NCBI RefSeq assembly: GCF_001194135.2
Contig: NC_068983.1
Coordinates: 81,160,802 to 81,224,801, forward strand
DNA length: 64,000 nucleotides
Direction: 5' to 3'
Source of the DNA: Octopus bimaculoides
Lineage: Eukaryota
Made by a program: the position numbers and the translations under genes
Notes under the pieces: generated by a model
Seen by the model: only the letters and a program-made list of their open reading frames with translations
Databases searched by the model: none
What the model was told of the DNA's origin: nothing
Part shown: piece by piece, positions 41,101 to 54,542 of the stretch
Position numbering within the stretch: the stretch's first letter is position 1
How the letters are laid out: each line of letters opens with the position of its first letter

Positions 41101-42502
41101 AAGTAGTTGCTAGTCCACACTTAAATTACTGTGTTTATAACAAAACTTTCAAAATATGATGAAAAAATTATCATTTCGAAAACCATGGTAATATTCAATA
41201 CCCAGCACATATTTACAGGCTGCATACTGTCCATCATATTTAAAGACAAGAGATGCCCTCCGAAAACAATACAAATCTTGCCAAATTTTAATTTCTCAGA
41301 ATGTCAGCTAGATTCTAACAAGATAGAGAATATATTCTGCTATGAGTGTAGGGAGGAATGAAGAAGCTCAAGATACAGACTCACTAATCATGACGAAAAG
41401 ACCAATGACTAAACCACTCAGCCAATACAACTAATCATATAAAAAAAGAAGTGTAAAAGCATTCATAATCTTCAATTATTTTAGTAACTATATTGATAAT
41501 ATAAAGATTTGAATAAAATGCCAGACACCTCAAAAGTAATTTGAAAAAGAAATAAAAATGAAATTAAAGTTGAAAAAATTGTAGCTTTGAATGATAATTT
41601 ATACTTTAAGAAATTGTTCTAAAAGGTTAACAATATAATGTAACCCCTGCCTAATCTCACTCCACTACCGTTTGCATTTGTTCTTCATGAGAAATTATGC
41701 ATTTGATCCCCAACATAGGATTCACTTCCTTTTCCACTACACCTCTCTTTAGCTCTTTACTCTAATAAGCTAGTCAGGCTGTCTGATCTTTAATTAGTCC
41801 CTTTACTCTCTTTATTTCTATCAATTCAGCTTGCTTGATTTTGGTACTTTGTTGCATCCTGGCACCAGTCACTAGTAGTTCCAATATCTTTACAAGCCAA
41901 GAAATTCACTCTATCATTATACTTTGAGATAAGGACAACCTTCAAAAATTAACAGCTCCACCCTCTTTTTCAACTAAACGGTTTAACTTTTAGGTCATTG
42001 AAATAATAATAATATTGAAGCTAATGGAGACAATTATAATAGCAATAATCAACAGCAACACTTAAGTTAATGTCTCAATAAGGTATGAAGATTTACGAAG
42101 CTATGGGGATGGGCAACCAGAAGGTAGTAGTGTTCATGCACTTTTCATAGGATTAGCATGTTAGATGTAACTAATGCAGTCAAGAATTGAAATTAGGATG
42201 GGAGAGGCTGCATTTGCCAGAACATAATTTTGCAACATGCATTTGGTAATGCCAATAATAACAATGACAACTATTAATTAATAGCTATAACTAATGATAA
42301 AATTTATAGACATAACCCTACACTTATGAATATGTATGTAGGTGTGTGTTTAAGAAGTTAACTTCCAAACCACTTAATTTCAAGTTTAGTCTGACAGCAA
42401 GTTTCTTCTTCTATAGCCCTGGGTTAATCAAAGGTTTGTGAGTGGATTTTGTTGATGAAAACTGAAAGATGAAAACTGAAAGATGTTGATGAAAACTGAA
42501 AG

Positions 42503-42548
<46 letters not shown>

Positions 42549-43467
42549 ATGTTTGTATCTCATTGTCATGATATATGTGATAGTTGTAGATGAGTTTCAG
42601 CATCATACAAACAGTATCATTATTCATTTCCAGTCTTCTGTGAAAACATGTCTGGTCATGGGAAAATAATACCTTGTATAGAAACAGGTGAGGGTTGGTG
42701 ACATGGAAGGGTATCCAACTATAGAAAATCTGCCTGAATAAACTCCATTTGACCCATGGAAGCATGGAAAAGTAGAAGTTAAAATGATGATGATGGTGAA
42801 TGTATGGCTGACAGACACTGTATTATATTCTCTTTCTCTCTCTCTCTCCTCTACTTAACATACATAACCATACACCCACTGAAAGAGCTAATTTTACAGG
42901 TTCATTAACTCTGTCATCACAGTAAAAACAACTGTTGAATATTGATGCAGTGGAGGTTATGATGATGGATTATTATGGAGATAATGATAATCATCTCAGA
43001 TTGTGATACTCATTATTTAAAAAATAAATTTACAATTGTTGATTCATTCTGAGCTGCACATGAGAATTTAAACTATCTAATATAAGCAAACAAATATGAG
43101 TAAAATCAAAAAGAAAGCTAAGTGATAATGGTTTCAAATTCTGGCACAAGGTCAGCAAATTTTGAGGGAAGGGGGTAAATCAATTATATCGACCCCAGTG
43201 TTCAACTAGCGCTTATTTTATCAACCCTGAAAGGACAAAAGGCAAAGTCGACCCTGGTGTCATTGGAGCTTAGAACATAAAGTTGAAAGAAATGCTAAGC
43301 ATTTTGTCCAGCACAGTAATGATTCTGTCAGCTCACCACCTTAATAATTGCTGTCAATTATACGTGTTTAAATCTCATTGATTATTTGGATATCAAGCTG
43401 GATGGAATATATATATATAGTTATTTACCATTTGTATTGTCATAAAAGGGGAAACATAGGTGATTAA

Positions 43468-43690
43468 TCCGTTTGATACCAACTCGCCTGAAACTGCCTC
43501 TGGCACTGTAGCACAAATGTCCTATTTTCAAAAGTGCTGAAGTAAAAACTTCCACCAAATCTTTAGTCACAATTTATGTTCCTAACACTAGCTTAATGAT
43601 AACTAAGTTACTTTACTAAATGCTTTGTTACATTTAAAATTGATTGAAAGAAACACACAGCATCTCAACAGAAATACGGTAACAAAAGGG
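43468..43690. mobile_element. TTAA-flanked piggyBac-type MITE
   Basis: TTAA at 43464-43467 and 43691-43694. Ends TCCGTTTGATACC / GGTAACAAAAGGG. Confidence 0.7.
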
Positions 43691-43759
43691 TTAATAAGTA
43701 AACGTTGCCAATAGTGGTCAGGTGGCAGATGAAATGAGTTGTTAAAATATGTGCATGCA

Positions 43760-43785
43760 GAGAGAGAGGGGAGGAGGGAGAGAGA

Positions 43786-43854
<69 letters not shown>

Positions 43855-43860
43855 TGTGTG
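43760..43860. repeat. (AG)n microsatellite; also (CT)n 33935-33991, (TATG)n 39833-39890, (TATC)n 63688-63785
   Basis: Directly visible. Confidence 0.95.
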
Positions 43861-44590
43861 TTAACATTGTTGTTAGAGTTGAGTGAAGAAGTACATTCAA
43901 GATTGTAGATGTGCCAAACGGAGTTAATAACTTCTTAATGAGATATGAAGCATTATGAAACTATAGTAAGGAGTGGGGAACCTGGAAGATGTTCAACAGA
44001 ATTAGCACTCAATATAACTATTACAATGAAGAATAGAAATAGGATTGGAGGATTTTGCATTTGACAAAACCTACTCTTGCAGCATGCTTTTGATAACAAA
44101 GTGTTTTAAACAGTGTCAAGGTTGAAGCTTGAATAGACTCATTTGACAAACTACCTCAAAATCACTGAAAAAAATATTTTAGAATGCTTTAACTGGTTAT
44201 AGAAAAAGAGTCCCTAAAATATGTGTTCCAATATCAAATATTAGTTAAGATTTGGACCATTTTGATATTCAAATACAAAGCCAGAGCTTTTCTCTTGAAC
44301 ATAGGGTGAAAACTATTCTCTAAATATGAATTTACTTCTTTAAGCATTCTCAAATTTGATGATAGATCAGCAGCTTCATAATATATGCATTTTATGATAT
44401 AGATTATGAACATTTAATCAACTTGGATAAAAATGTTAGACTATTTTTGCATTTATTTGTCAACCTGAATTTTTCTATAACCATTCCATTTGTTTTCTGT
44501 TACTCTACTATATATGTATGTATATATATATATATATATGTATGTATATATATATGTATGTGTGTCAGTGTAAATATATATGCATGCATG

Positions 44591-44646
<56 letters not shown>

Positions 44647-47218
44647 GTAGTATGGCTGAATAATTAAAAAGTTCACTTCCCAACCATGTGGTTACAGGTT
44701 CAGTTCCACTGCACAGCATATTGGTAGGTGTGGTTTTAACTGTAACTTTAGGCTAACTAAAGCTTTGAGTGAATATAACAGAAAAACTGAAAGAAGCCTA
44801 CTGTGTGTGAAGGGTATGTATGTGCGCATATGTGTCCTATGTGTTTGTTTACATTTGTGCTTTACCAAAGCTGTGACCTACAATCAGTTTCGTTTTTGTC
44901 ATTTCTATCAACAAATCACTCAATCACTTCATGCTTTTCAACATGTGTGAACGAAGAAATCTCTTAATAGAAAAATTGGTAAGGCTTAGTAAGAAGGGCG
45001 TTGCTTAAGTGATATATGTACCTAACTAATTAACAAGCTAACATAGAAAAACAGATGAAAAATGAATGAATACACACACACACACATGCATGCATATATG
45101 TATATGCACACACATGTGCACAAATATAAACAAAGTGATAAAGCAGAAGGAAATAAGTCGTCAGAAGAAGAAGAGAGGAAGACAATGCTAAAAAGATGAA
45201 AGTATTAAGAATTAAGAATAAATAATTTAGAAGAGAGATAATTAAAGGATTTGAAATAACAAAATTATAACATTTGATTATGATTTGGTAAGTGTAACTA
45301 GTCAAGGTCATTATAGCAGAGTGACCTTGACTTGTTAACTTAATAAATCTATAGGGTTTGTTTAGCAGTTGGATTACTGCATGTTAGCAATAGTGGTGTT
45401 AGGGTGATTATTTAAGTGACCTGAGCACATAAACTAGTTTTGAATCTCAATGGCAACTGTGTCATTTCATTTCTCACAAACTCTCTCCTCTAAATAAGTA
45501 TCCTTAAAGAAAATGGAAAATGTAAAATAAAGAGGAAGGGTAGCAATTACTCAAAAAGACATCTTTTAAAGAAGCTATGAATGTACTTTAATTTCCATAT
45601 TGTTATAGTTATTTTTTTATATAGACTTTTCCACAAGTTCTTCATGTGGTGCAATATATTTTAGATTAATATGACAAGTTTAAACTTTCTTCAAACTGAC
45701 CTATAATGACAGCAGTCACAGCAGCAACAACAGATATCACCACAACTACCATCAATGTTTATGCCTGTGTTGTTCTTTTCCATTCTAGTATGTTACACAT
45801 ATTATTTTCTACATTTAGCAGGCCCCATTATGCTACCATTATTAAGATTGGTCATAAAAGAAGTTTTTGAAACCTGTTTACTATAACTAATTGGTATCTT
45901 TTGTCTACTGTACTTCCAGTACACTTTTAGTCATTTGACTTTTATCATTACATTCTCCACAACTGAATACAATTATTATAACATTTAGTTTTGTTATATT
46001 CACAGAATAACTCATTCCGGCATATACGATACATGTCATGATGGCTTTATTTACTCAAATAAAACCTAAATATTCCTTTTTTTAAATTTTGTCTTCAAAC
46101 TATTCTGAGGTTAATTATGGTATTTTTGTTGTAAACATTAATATATTCAAGTGCAGTTTTATGTTTAATTACAAAAATGATAAGAATTCTTGAAAGTTGA
46201 TTTTTACTTCATTTGTTTTTGTTGATGAAAGTGTAAAAAAATGCTGCAATATATTATAGTTACAAAATTTTTTCTCATTAATAACTTCATAAACATTTAA
46301 TTCGGGACAATTTTATAATCTAGGTTGCTTTTGTAAAGCATAATTTAAGCTTTAAATATTTATTAAGTTAAAAAAATCAGTGGGAAATAAGAAAAAAAAA
46401 AAACAAAAACACACACACACACACAAAATACAGCAACACCTATAATCATTTATTTTTTCTTCAATGATCAGAATATTTTGAAGAAATCATGTTAAATAAA
46501 AAAAGAATCATATGAAACTTAGTCCCATCCAATCTACCAATTAAAAAAAAAAAAAAAAATAGTGAAAATTAAATTTTAACAAAATGTAAACTCACACAAT
46601 CTTATTTTTAATTTATAGTTATAAATCACAAATGGATTTTGTTATGGAATAGGAAAATATTTATCCACTTATATCAGGAACCTATAAATAAAATAATCAA
46701 AAATTCTAACAACGTTTATGAAATAGGTATAACATTTCAGAATTTTAAAGGAAGTTGACATATTCATTATTTTATCAAAATAGACAATAATACTCAGATG
46801 TTATGGAAAATTATTTGTAAACTCAGCAGAGTATTTAGACAGCATTCACTAGAATAAGAGCAAAAGAAAAAAAACAAAAACAAAAGGAGGTGGATGAATT
46901 ATCAGCATGCCAGACAAACTGTTTAGCAGCATTTCTTTCAACTTTACATTCCGAGTTCAAATCCTGCTGCCATTGAATTTGCCTTTCATCCTTTTGGAGT
47001 TGATAAAATAAACTACCAGTCATGTACTGGGGTTGATGTTATTGACATGCCTCCACCCCCAAGTTTTCAGGCCTTGTACAAATAGTAGAAAGTGTTATTA
47101 TTACAACTAATACTAATACTGTCATTATCGTTGTTGATGTTGGAAATTATTTATTTGCTTGAAATCTAGAGAATAAAATGCAAATGCATTTTTTTGCAGT
47201 TTCATATTTTATCTAGTA

Positions 47219-47271
<53 letters not shown>

Positions 47272-47477
47272 ATGAGTTTTGGTAACAAAATTCTTAAGTT
47301 TTAAAATTTTTAGATAGAAATTGTTTAATAGTCTGAATCTAATAATAGACTCAATTTCATTATTTTGGATATTAAGACAATAAAATCCAAATTAATGTTA
47401 ATAATACAACAGCTAGAAATAAAGATTTCACTTTTTTCTTCTGTCTCTTTATCACCATTACAAAAAAAAAAAATGAA

Positions 47478-47639
47478 TAGGCGCAAGAGTGGCTGTGTGG
47501 TAAGTATCTTGCTTACCAACCACATGGTTCCGGGTTCAGTCCCACTGCATGGCACCTTGAACAAGTGTCTTCTACTATAGCCTCGGGCCGACCAGAGCCC
47601 AGTGAGTAGATTTGGTAGACGGAAACTGAAAGAAGCCCG

Positions 47640-47681
<42 letters not shown>

Positions 47682-47895
47682 TTATATGTATATGTTTGTG
47701 TGTCTGTGTTTGTCATCCTAACATTGCTTGACAACCAATGCTGGTATGTTTATGTCCCCCGTAAATTAGCAGTTTGGAAAAAGAGACTGATAGAATAAGT
47801 ACTAGGCTTACAAAGAATAGGTTCTGGGTTCGACTAAAGGCGGTGCTCCAGCATGGCCACAGTCAAATGACTGAAACAAATAAATAAATAAAATA
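47478..47895 (+). mobile_element. SINE family A, full length
   Basis: GGCGCAAGAGTGGCTGTGTGG through GTCAAATGACTGAAACAAATAAAT. Confidence 0.9.
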
Positions 47896-50070
47896 AAAAA
47901 ATTCTATCTTATTTTTTGTCCTATTTCACAAAATCATCCCTATTGTTGCTACTATGATGAATAGATCTGATAAACTATTACAAAATCATAAAACCTCATA
48001 AATTTTTTAAGGCAGAATCAGTAGAGCATCAGTTAAGTGTTAGCTTGCAATATTAAGTTGTGCTGTAGTCACAACAGTTACTTTTTTGAGTTCAAATCTC
48101 TCTAGGGTTGATGCTGACTCTCATCCTCCTTGAATTCATTATCAAATATCTTACAATGCATTTCCTAAAATGTCATGGCCTTGTACCAATGTGTGAAAGC
48201 ATTGTAGATAATAAGAGAATCAGGATAGCACCAGCATTTAGTCATGCCTTTTACCTTCTCATATGAAATCCAACTAGGGACAAAGCTTTCTGGAGTTAAA
48301 ATAAAATATCAGGCAAATAAGTGGCAAAGCTGGTGCAATTAATATTAAGAGACATTTTCCCCAAATTTGTGATTTCATGTTAATGTAAAAATACTTCTTT
48401 ATCTATAATGAATGTCTATGTGGTATAGTAATAGTAAGTTATAAATGGTGGACAGAATAAAGTTCTACATTGCACTGCATTTATATGTTAGCACACATAG
48501 GAGGTACTTAAATGTTATAATTTCTTCAGAACTCTATAATATTATTGAGAAACGTAACTATTATAAATACAGTAATTGTTGTTATCTATATTGTTATAAT
48601 TATTAACATACTTTCATTAATATTATTACTATTAACACTGAAATGAAAACTACTATCTCAAAAGAAAGTAACAAATTTGCAACTTAATTATAAAGATACC
48701 TTGTTCTAATTTTATTTTTCTACATAAAAGAAATAACATTTTTTTCCATTTATTTTTCATAAAACTGAAATAGCTTTTATTTGTTAGTATGTATTGTATG
48801 TTGCACACACACATACACACACATGCAAATATAGACTTTATTGCGCAACTCTGTGTATGTGTATGTGTGTGTGTGTGTGTGTATATTTTTTAATTATTAT
48901 AAATCTTCCACTGAGGGAGCCGGTTTCCAACAAAGATGTATGTGTGTGTGTGTGTGTAACCCTTGGGATAACACACACACATACACACAATAACAGCAAA
49001 ATAACATAACACCATGTAACCAAAAAGAAAACAAACAAAAAAGAAATTAAAATCTGCTAAATTGTCTTTTACTCTCATTCTTTGTTATATCTAATACAGG
49101 TAACACATGAGGCAGTTTAGAAGAATTTGTTATAGTGAAAAAAAAAAAAAATGGTAGGAATGCCAGAATAAAATATATTAACTTCATTGCTAATAACTGA
49201 ACAGAAATATGCAAGACATCTCTATTATTGACCTCTTAGGCTACATATGTGCAAGATCACAAACACATGAGTGTGTGCATGTGAGTGCATATGTATGCAT
49301 ATGTTTTGCATGTGCACATGAAGTTGTAGTAATTTTACCACTACAAAATTGCTATATTTTACAAGTTGAATGCTGGCTATACTCTGTGAATATGAGTTTT
49401 TGATTTCATTTTCTAATTAACATCAACACAAATATTGGTATAGTATGGATTTAGGTGTGCTGTTGCTAAAATAAAATTAAAATGATATTCCTTTCCCCGA
49501 AGTTTTAATATTTACATTTGCAAACCCACAATAACATACATAATTCCAGATTCAAATTCTTGAGTACTCTAGCAAACTTTTTATACTGAAATATATTTTT
49601 TGATGTATATACGAAATATTCATCTTTAAGATAATTTCTTTCCATTTTATAAGTATTAAATTCAACCAAGTTGAGTATTTCTGACTTGATTTATTACACA
49701 TTCTCAGTTCTGCCTAGTGAAATATGCTCTTCCACATTTTTTTTCTCTCCTAAAGTAAAAAATAACGTATATGAATGTATACGTTTTAAAATATACTCAT
49801 TCAAAGGTGTACTAAACAAATTTATGTTAGGGCATAAGGAGTGTATGGAAACTTATTTCAATATATGTATGCATGCATGTGTGTGTGTATGTGTATGTGA
49901 TTTGATTTCTTATGAGCCTTGCTTATATAATATAGTCGTAGGGCCAATTCTATATGGCCCTCCAGTAAGTTTTGCACTGAAGTATAATGATGTGGCATTT
50001 GAGAAATATTCGATATTTATCTTTAACTCTCTTTAAAATGATGATGATGATGATAATGATGATGATGATG

Positions 50071-50118
<48 letters not shown>

Positions 50119-50789
50119 NNNNNNNNNNNNNNNNNNNNNNNNNNNNNNNNNNNNNNNNNNNNNNNNNNNNNNNNNNNNNNNNNNNNNNNNNNNNNNNNNN
50201 NNNNNNNNNNNNNNNNNNNNNNNNNNNNNNNNNNNNNNNNNNNNNNNNNNNNNNNCATGAAATGTTTAAAAGCAGCAGAAATATAACAAAAAAACTGTTA
50301 CTCTGAGTTTCACGTTCCCGTTCATCGGACAGTTTTGTTAGAAAATCTTTGTTAGAAAATTTTTGTTATATTTCTGCTGCTTTTAAATAAAGTATATATA
50401 TATATATATATATATAGTTATGTTGATAACATCATAAACATCATCATCATTTCACATTTGTTTTCCATGCTGACATGAATAGGACAGAAGATGTGGAACA
50501 CTTTATACATTTGCATGTTATCCTTGTCGAGGAGGCCATTCTAATTTTCTCTGTATTGTTCATGACACCTACATACATACATGAAATCAACCACCACACA
50601 TACACATACATACCCTCATATGCAAGACATGATGTTATTTTCTGGTGCCCTTTTCTTTGGTTTATTATCATATTCCTTCATATTGTCTCTCTAAAGATGA
50701 ATTTATTTCATGCTTAAATAAATTCAAATGTTTCATACAAAACAAGTATTTACATTTGACGGATATTTGTCCTCATCTTGTTTGTTGTT

Positions 50790-50835
50790 AACACAACGTT
50801 TCGGCTGATACACCCTTCAGCCTTCATCAGATGTC
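50790..50835 (-). ncRNA. Minimal type-I hammerhead ribozyme (inverted copy)
   Basis: Reverse complement reads GACAU-CUGAUGA-A-GGCUG(AAGGGUGUAU)CAGCC-GAAA-CGUU-GUGUU. Predicted cleavage between 50795 and 50794. Confidence 0.8.
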
Positions 50836-50882
50836 TTGGGGAAATTTCAAACCTGGGTTCTCATTCCTAAGGTATTTTTCGA

Positions 50883-50914
<32 letters not shown>

Positions 50915-50923
<9 letters not shown>

Positions 50924-50993
50924 TCACTGCCTGGAATCGAACTCGGAATCTTGGGATTAGTAGCCTGCACTCTTAACCACTGTGCCATATGCC
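50915..50993 (-). other. tRNA-derived (tRNA-Arg(ACG)-like) SINE head with Pol III A/B boxes; not a functional tRNA
   Basis: GGCATATGGCACAGTGGTTAAGAGTGCAGGCTACTAATCCCAAGATTCCGAGTTCGATTCCAGGCAGTGACC. The D-stem GCAC/GTGC and T-loop TTCGATT are present. The segment CTAC..ATC..AAGATTCC..GTTCGA.TCC.GGC resembles metazoan tRNA-Arg(ACG) as recalled. Acceptor and anticodon stems do not pair. Confidence 0.7.
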
Positions 50994-51091
50994 AAGTTCT
51001 ATTCCAGGTAGTGACCTGAATAATAATAATAATAACAACAACATTGAAAAATACCTTAGGAGTGAGAACCCAGGTTCGAAATTTCCCCCAA

Positions 51092-51137
51092 GACACCTGA
51101 TGAAGGCTGGAGGGTATATCAGCCGAAACGTTGTGTT
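51092..51137 (+). ncRNA. Minimal type-I hammerhead ribozyme
   Basis: GACAC-CUGAUGA-A-GGCUG(GAGGGUAUAU)CAGCC-GAAA-CGUU-GUGUU. Helix I is GACAC/GUGUU, helix II is 5 bp, and helix III is the palindrome AACGUU (dimer-type). Predicted cleavage after GUU at 51132. Confidence 0.8.
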
Positions 51138-53589
51138 AACAACAAACAAAATGAGGACAAATATCCGTCAAATGTAAATAACGTACATAATTCCTCATCT
51201 CTTAAATATAGAACTGAAACAAGTATTGATGTCATACTTGCAAGAAATTTATTTTTGTTATTCCTGTCATTACACTCCAACACATAATTCATACATGCAT
51301 GCATACATACATACATACATACATACATACATACGTAAATGTATAAGTCATCTAAGAGTCTATCAGTCAGGGAAAAAGTGTATATTTTTTGTATATTTGT
51401 CAATAGAATGGGTATATTATCTGAAGTGTACAGTATTATATATCCATTATGGCTGATCTTATCAATTGGTTTCACACAAGGGATTCAATAGAATGTTAGG
51501 TAACATTCCGATTATGTAACCCTGCATTCATCAGAGGTGGCTGGGTTATATAATTTGGTTGTTACCTAACAATCTGTTAAATTCCTAGATTGGTTAGATT
51601 GGTCATAGTGATTATATAATATTGTACAATATATATATACACACCCATGCAAGGCAGTGTAAATATTCCATGGAAACATAGTCAAGTTAAGGAACAAGTA
51701 AATGTTGGTGATGTGGAAAGTATCCAGCCTTAGAAAATATGCCTTAGTGAATTTTATCTGACCTGTGCATGCATAGAAAAGTGAGCATTGAAACATTGAT
51801 GATGAATGCTTACATATATTCAAATACATATCCACACACACACACACATACATATATATGCACATATGTATGTGTGTGTATACATATATACTAAGCCATT
51901 AAATCATCTGACATTGCTTTTCATCCTTTCAGAGAAGATAAATGAATTACTAGTTCTGTACTAGGGTTGACTCCCCTGTCTGTCTGTCTTTCTTTTTGGG
52001 GGGGGGGGGGCTTTTCCTGAAGACATCAGTAAAGAAAACTATGGCCTCAATTTTTTTATTTACTAGTTTCAGCTCAAGAGCTAAGACCATGCTGAAGCAC
52101 CAGATGATTAAAGGTCAATTAAATACTATACAAGATAATCTTTGAATTGAAATTATCTTTTGTTGCCAGAGAAGGCAAAACAAATGCCTGGTGACAACTG
52201 CAACCATCTTTGAATGAGTAAGGGAGATAATCTCAAGAATCAAGTAGCTTCAGGAATTGACATGCCATGAAGTGGCCTTAAACCACTCCAAGTTATTGCT
52301 TTGAACAAATTACCCTATTCTATAAATATTCTCAGAGTAATCTCTCTGCAAGATTTAAAGTAGGAAAACTGCTGTGTTGATGATGCCTACTAAAGTAGAA
52401 ATACATGTGCACTGCCTAATCTTTAATATCATATCAACTCTCAAGAATACTTGATCCTTGAGATTGTCTATCTTTCTTTGACAAAGTTGATTACAACTGC
52501 TACCAGGCAATTGATTTACCTTCTTTGGAGGTGAAGATAATTTTGATAAATCAAAAATTCATTCCGTATATTACTTAAAGTACATTAAGATGTTTACAAA
52601 TAAACAAACATTGAAACAGCAAGTGAGTTGAAATATTTTCAGAAATGGAAGGTGAATAGCTGTGAAAACAGCTTTAGAAGATCAGTTTTCATCTCTGTAG
52701 GGGTATTTTACGTGATTTTTTTAAATGTTGTTTTCCTATCTATTTTCCTGTATTTGAGATTTCCTTCATTCCTTCATTTCTAGAACCATTAACTTGTTTT
52801 TGTTGTTCAAATTCAAGCTACTGGCCACTCTGTACTAAATCTTTAGCTTGACTTTGGCACATATGCGTGTATGTGTGTATTTATATATATACACACACAT
52901 ATGTATATCTGTGTGCACATGCAATATATTTTGGTGTTACTTCTGTGAGAAAATATTTTTAAACTATCTTATTATTATTTCATCAAATTGTGATTTTTTT
53001 TTGTTTCTGGTTGAAATATATGAGAGTATGTTTGTATGAAGTTATTTTGGTTAAATGTGTATGTATGTGTGTATGCATGTGTACAATTGCCTTTTTTCTT
53101 CGTGTTTGTGTATGGTGTGTGTGTGCCAATCAATATATTCATGTATAAATATCACCCTATTTCTATTGTTCACTATTTTTATGTTTATCATGTATTTTAA
53201 AAACATTTTCTTTCCCTTCTTACAACCTATCTCCCTACCATTACACATTTTTCTTTATATGTGCACATGCCTGTACATACACACACAAACGTGTATGTAT
53301 ATATGCGTGTGATTACATGTATTTTATATATCTATATGTATGAAGTATTTTTACATTATTCATTGCATTGATTTGTTGGTTGTTTTCACTAATTTGCATG
53401 GAGTATATAAAGCAGTATAAATGCAAGTTTAGTAGTATGTTGCCCCCTATGAGGTTCCAAGTGTGAACTAAAACAAATGAAGCTCACCTGTAGGGTAAAT
53501 ACTCCAATAATAAATATAATATTATTGCTGCATATTAAAATTCATAGAGTACTTTACTGAGCAGTGAACTTGGTTTTGTGACTGATTCA

Positions 53590-54310
53590 CCCAATTTATA
53601 GTAATCTATATTCTGTAGTCTGGTGCAAGTGTTTATCAAGGCTTGGTTCTCTGCCCCTTCTTATTTCTTGTAGTTCTGAAAGTCATAATAGGAGGAGCTT
53701 AAGACTGGTTACCCATAATGACTTTAGTATACTAAAGACTTAGTTCTTATAGCAGAGTGTGAGGAAGGCTCAGAGAAGAAATTCCAGTTATGGAATTAAA
53801 GCCTAGAATGGAGCAGTCTCCGAGTAATCTTGGAAAAGGCTGAAGTATTGCTGCTATGTAGGAAAGGTGAGTGGACTCTGCTGCTAAAAGGGAAATAGCT
53901 GTGCTCAATATGCAAGAAGTGAGTAGGTAGAAACTGCAAACAGTGTACACCGTGTGAACTATGGGAGTATAAAGTGTGATGCCACATGGTAGTGAAGTGT
54001 GGGCATTGAAAACAATGGAGGTGCAAAGACTGCAAAGAAATGAAGTCAGCATATTCTGCCAGATGTGTATCAGCTATTTGCTATAGATGAGACAGGTTGA
54101 AAAACTGGATATCAGACGAACCAAATGTGATGTGCAGGAGAGATGAGGGTGTTGATATGGACCCACATGGAAGGTAATTGTGGGAAAAGATATGGCCAGA
54201 AGCAGTGGAAACTAATTTCAGGAATGTACAACCTCACAACAAAGATGACCAAAGGACTCGACAAATGTCAAGACAGAGACTGAGTTGAAAAAGGCCCATC
54301 CAACTCCTAC
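53590..54310 (+). mobile_element. Degenerate RTE-clade LINE, RT and C-terminal region
   Basis: Frame-broken translation gives EELKTGYP..L.YTKDLVLIAECEEGSEKKFQLW (YADD motif decayed) and SVMPHGSEVWALKTMEVQRLQRNEVSIFCQMC, matching RTE-type ..YGSETW..RLER.E..MLRWMC. Confidence 0.8.
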
Positions 54311-54341
54311 ATGTATGGAAAAGTGGACATAATGATGATAA

Positions 54342-54387
<46 letters not shown>

Positions 54388-54506
54388 GAGTAACAGCTTT
54401 TGTGATGTTTTTGCAGCTTTATTAATAAAGCATATATTACTCTACCTCCAGTATTTGAGTACTATTTATTTCCACCTTGCTTCACATTTATGTGCTTACT
54501 CTGGTA

Positions 54507-54542
<36 letters not shown>

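Larger units (their letters stand above)
50751..51216. mobile_element. Inverted dimer of a tRNA-headed, (AAT)n-containing, hammerhead-bearing short retroelement (Penelope-tail SINE / retrozyme-like)
   Basis: The left arm 50747-50943 is the near-perfect reverse complement of the right arm 50995-51180. The direct repeat AAACAAGTATT at 50740-50750 and 51217-51227 flanks the unit. The minus arm has a tRNA-like head starting at 50993 with an A box (TGGCACAGTGG) and a B box (GAGTTCGATTCC). Each arm carries a HHR core. Confidence 0.85.

Noticed and set aside
50915-50993. tRNA gene
   Set aside because: Acceptor and anticodon stems do not pair; it is a SINE head.
51470-51545. Minus-strand CUGAUGA followed by a hairpin
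   Set aside because: No GAAA follows helix II and no helix I or III can be drawn, so it is not a hammerhead.
53470-53530. Minus-strand cag|gtgagc (recursive splice site or 40-nt exon end)
   Set aside because: AG|GT motifs of similar strength occur on the plus strand too (about 49095), so chance cannot be excluded without RNA data.
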